A DNA stretch of 63,596 nucleotides, counting the filler, from Folioceros fuciformis (lineage: Eukaryota), in assembly GCA_049999805.1 (NCBI GenBank). It is 10 parts of 10 records of this genome, joined end to end, with 100 filler letters (N's around TTAATTAATTAA, not from the genome) between each part and the next. Parts side by side here need not be neighbours in the genome. Positions count along the whole stretch, not along the records: positions 60,642 to 63,596 come from JBNGIO010003937.1; 9 more parts are not named here. One strand, given 5' to 3'. The first letter of the stretch is position 1; each line of letters begins with the position of its first letter. Below, in pieces: positions 60,808 through 63,596 of this stretch. The position numbers and the translations under genes are program-made. The notes under the pieces are model-generated. The model ran no database searches. It was not told the DNA's origin and was given only the letters and a program-made list of their open reading frames with translations.

Positions 60808-62576
60808 GGAACCTACCTACAAGAGGAGGCGAAGGAATGGTAGGGACCCTACCTACGGAGGAAGCAACAAGTACCCTATTTATGGAGGGAACATTCCCAC
60901 CCTACGTAGGGAAGGAGCCTCAAGTTGAGGAACAAGGGGAACCCTCCCCTACCAAACTTGTATGTGGTGGTGAAGGGATAGCCCAAGAGATCCACACAGA
61001 GGAAGGTACGGTGGAAGCTTGTGGATCCAAATGAAGACGAATCTTAATAATGGAGGGGGGCCCAGTGGCTCAGCCTTCAGACTTTGCCTCCCTTCAGGAG
61101 CCATCCTAGCCATACCTTTTTGAAAAGGGGGTCAACGAATCTTCTATGGCGGCACCGATAGTCCTAATTTTCATCGGCGCGCACTGCCTTAGCAACTATT
61201 GGTAGGTCTTAGCCTCTTAGTAGGTATGCGTAGTTAAAGCTGGCCGCGGCTAGTGGTAGGTAGGAAGCCGTCTGCCATCCTATATAAGTAGAACGAAGAA
61301 CTTGAGCCAGAGGCCTCGTTCTTTGATTGTAAGTGTTTCGTGACGAATAGAGAACCAATTTTCGTAAGCCTGCGTGGACATCCTGGCAGAAGGGGGAGCT
61401 GCGAGTGCCCTCTCTGTTGCCGATCGCAAAGGTTCTTGTGATGTCTGGTTGGGAGTCTTGAACGTAGGGAAATGCAGAGTTGGATCGTGTAGAAGGTGTT
61501 GTGAGGAGACTTGTGGGGAAANNNNNNNNNNNNNNNNNNNNNNNNNNNNNNNNNNNNNNNNNNNNNNNNNNNNNNNNNNNNNNNNNNNNNNNNNNNNNNN
61601 NNNNNNNNNNNNNNNNNNNNNCCTTCCAAGTGAAGGAATGGTGCCTTCCTACTGACTGGACGTATTGAAGGTACACGGGAAAGGTTGAATGTCGTAGGGG
61701 AACAATAAACAGAGTTGGAGGGAGCGGGGTAGGCTCGGAGGAAAACTTGTTGGTCACTGGGCGTAGGGAGACGAGCAGCTAGATTGTGGGTAGAGGAAGG
61801 TGTTGTAGGGAGCCTTGTGAGGAAAACGTATTGAGTGTAGGGAGGTAGAAATCGGTAGGCGAGGTACTAGGGTCCTTCCAAGTGAAGCAATGGTGCCTAC
61901 CTACTGACGGGACGTGTTGCAGGATTGGTAGGTACGTGGTTGGGAGAGTTGACTAGTATAGGGGAGCAATAGACGTAGCTGACCAGGCTCCGAGGGGAGC
62001 GATTCCAAGGAAGCCTACAACGACCATGGGATTGATGTGGCCACGATACATGTGAGCGGGTGCCTGGTAGGGATACCATGCCCGCTTGCCCACATAATTT
62101 GATGTTCATAAAAGTTCAATTATAGATCTATAAAAATGAAGACATAAAACAATAAGATAAAGATTAATTCAAAGTATAGAACAAAATACAAAGCAGAAAA
62201 CAAAATACAAAGCAGAAAACAAAATGAAATAAGAAACAAACAATCAAGTACGAAATAGATTCACCATGAAGAACAAGAACAACTTGAAGATGAAGGTTAA
62301 GATTAAGATGAAGATTAATATTAAGATTAAGATTAAGACTAAGACTAAGACTAAGATGAGGATTACAACAAAAAACAATGAAACTCTCAAAAGAAGGAGA
62401 GAAAGAATAGCTTAAAAGAAAAAAAAAGAAAACCAAAACCAAAAAAACTCTAAGAGGAAACACAATAGAAACAATGGAAGAAGGAAAAAAGCACTTAGGT
62501 CAAATATATTAGAAAGCGAAGAGACAGTAAAGAACCCTAAGAAAAAGAAGAAAACACACACAACAAGAGAAAAAGA

Positions 62577-63596
62577 GAACAATCCAAGAAACCAAAAGCA
62601 CTCGTGTGACACACAAAATTGATAAAACACATTAGGAAAGAAAAGAGAAATGCAACCAATGGAGAGAGAGAATACATTCAACAAAAAACAAAAAGTGGAG
62701 AAGAGAGGAGAGGGGACCAAAGGGGAAGAGAGAAAAATTAAAAATGTACCTCAGCATACTAGCTTAGCTAAGAGTGCTCAAGCAAATTTTCAAAATCATG
62801 CAAATTACTTCAAAAAATTAGTTGCCTAAAAATAGCCCAAACATACCATCAATTACAGTTATTTGGATCCAATTCATCAAGTTTTCTCAATCTTCTACGT
62901 CTTTTTCTTTCGCTTAGCATCCCTCGAGCATGTATGGGTTGTCATACTTGCATGAAATTGACATCATAATAAAAAATTTATCATCCATGCTTGATAATAT
63001 CTATACCATGTCAGGCACTGCCCTCGTATGTTATGTGGCTATTCTCGGGAGATCACAAGACTAGTACTAGACTAGCTACTCGTTTTGAGGGGATGTAATT
63101 CAGCCCGATGCATGCTACGTCGTTTGTTTGCCTTCGATTAGCATGTGATCACAAGGGACTGGTGCATGTGTTTAGGGTTGCCCTATATATATACCCTAAA
63201 TCCTTTATATATATATATTGATAATATACCCTAATCCCTATATATATATATATTGATCATATGAAAGGTAAAAAAAAATACTTCAAAGTAGTTGAAAAAT
63301 AAATTAAAAAATGAATGCCCTAAATGAATTTAAAACCCTAATTGATAGACATACGAAGTACATGACCATGACCATTATAAATTAGCCTAAGCACTCTTGG
63401 CTAAGCTAGTATGCTGAGGTATGTTTTTACTTTGGTCTCTTCCCCTTTGGTTCCCTCTCCTCTGCTCTCCTCTCCACTTTTTGTTTTTGTTGAATGTATT
63501 CTCTCTCTCCTTTGGTTGCATTTCTCTTTTCTTTCCTTATGTGTTTTATCGATTTTGTGTGTCACATGAGTGCGTTTGGTTTCTTGGATTGTTCCC
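62577..63596. repeat. Long inverted repeat (62577-62790 vs 63380-63596, runs off the window), probably a MULE/foldback-type TIR element
   Basis: More than 210 bp of reverse-complement similarity around a ~590-bp AT-rich spacer. Confidence 0.85.

Noticed and set aside
62164..62720. Phe/Leu-rich 'membrane protein' ORFs on the minus strand
   Set aside because: Translation artefacts of an A-rich low-complexity tract.

Overview
Eukaryotic nuclear DNA from a seed-free land plant, most likely a hornwort. This is inferred from compact GC-rich genes with short introns and a PLS-class PPR protein containing extended 'LL' motifs. The window is stitched together: nine 100-bp gaps carry an artificial TTAATTAATTAA linker and alternate strictly with ten plain 100-N gaps, so neighbourhoods across linker gaps are unreliable. 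Bases ~1-27,000 and 60,600-63,596 are mostly degenerate transposons: nested Athila-like Ty3/Gypsy LTRs and gag-protease, several Ty1/Copia pieces, an L1-type LINE, pogo/Tigger and Harbinger remnants, a mitoferrin exon fragment, tandem repeats and a long inverted repeat. Bases ~27,400-59,700 are gene-dense: RAD6-like E2, RBCS, CFS1-like FYVE-SYLF, PURU, a candidate secreted ricin-B-like lectin, a PLS-E+ PPR, an atypical Gnk2/DUF26 protein, CDKC, PnsB4/NDF6, ZNHIT2-like and a TOM1-like VHS-GAT protein. I found no clearly new multi-gene system. The best leads are the ricin-B-like gene, an RbcS with a short divergent betaA-betaB loop, the variant Gnk2 protein, a locally captured and internally amplified CDKC fragment, a Copia antisense ORF, and a CFS1 homologue with an altered ATG8-interacting motif. 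All family assignments come from motif recognition by eye; no database searches were run.
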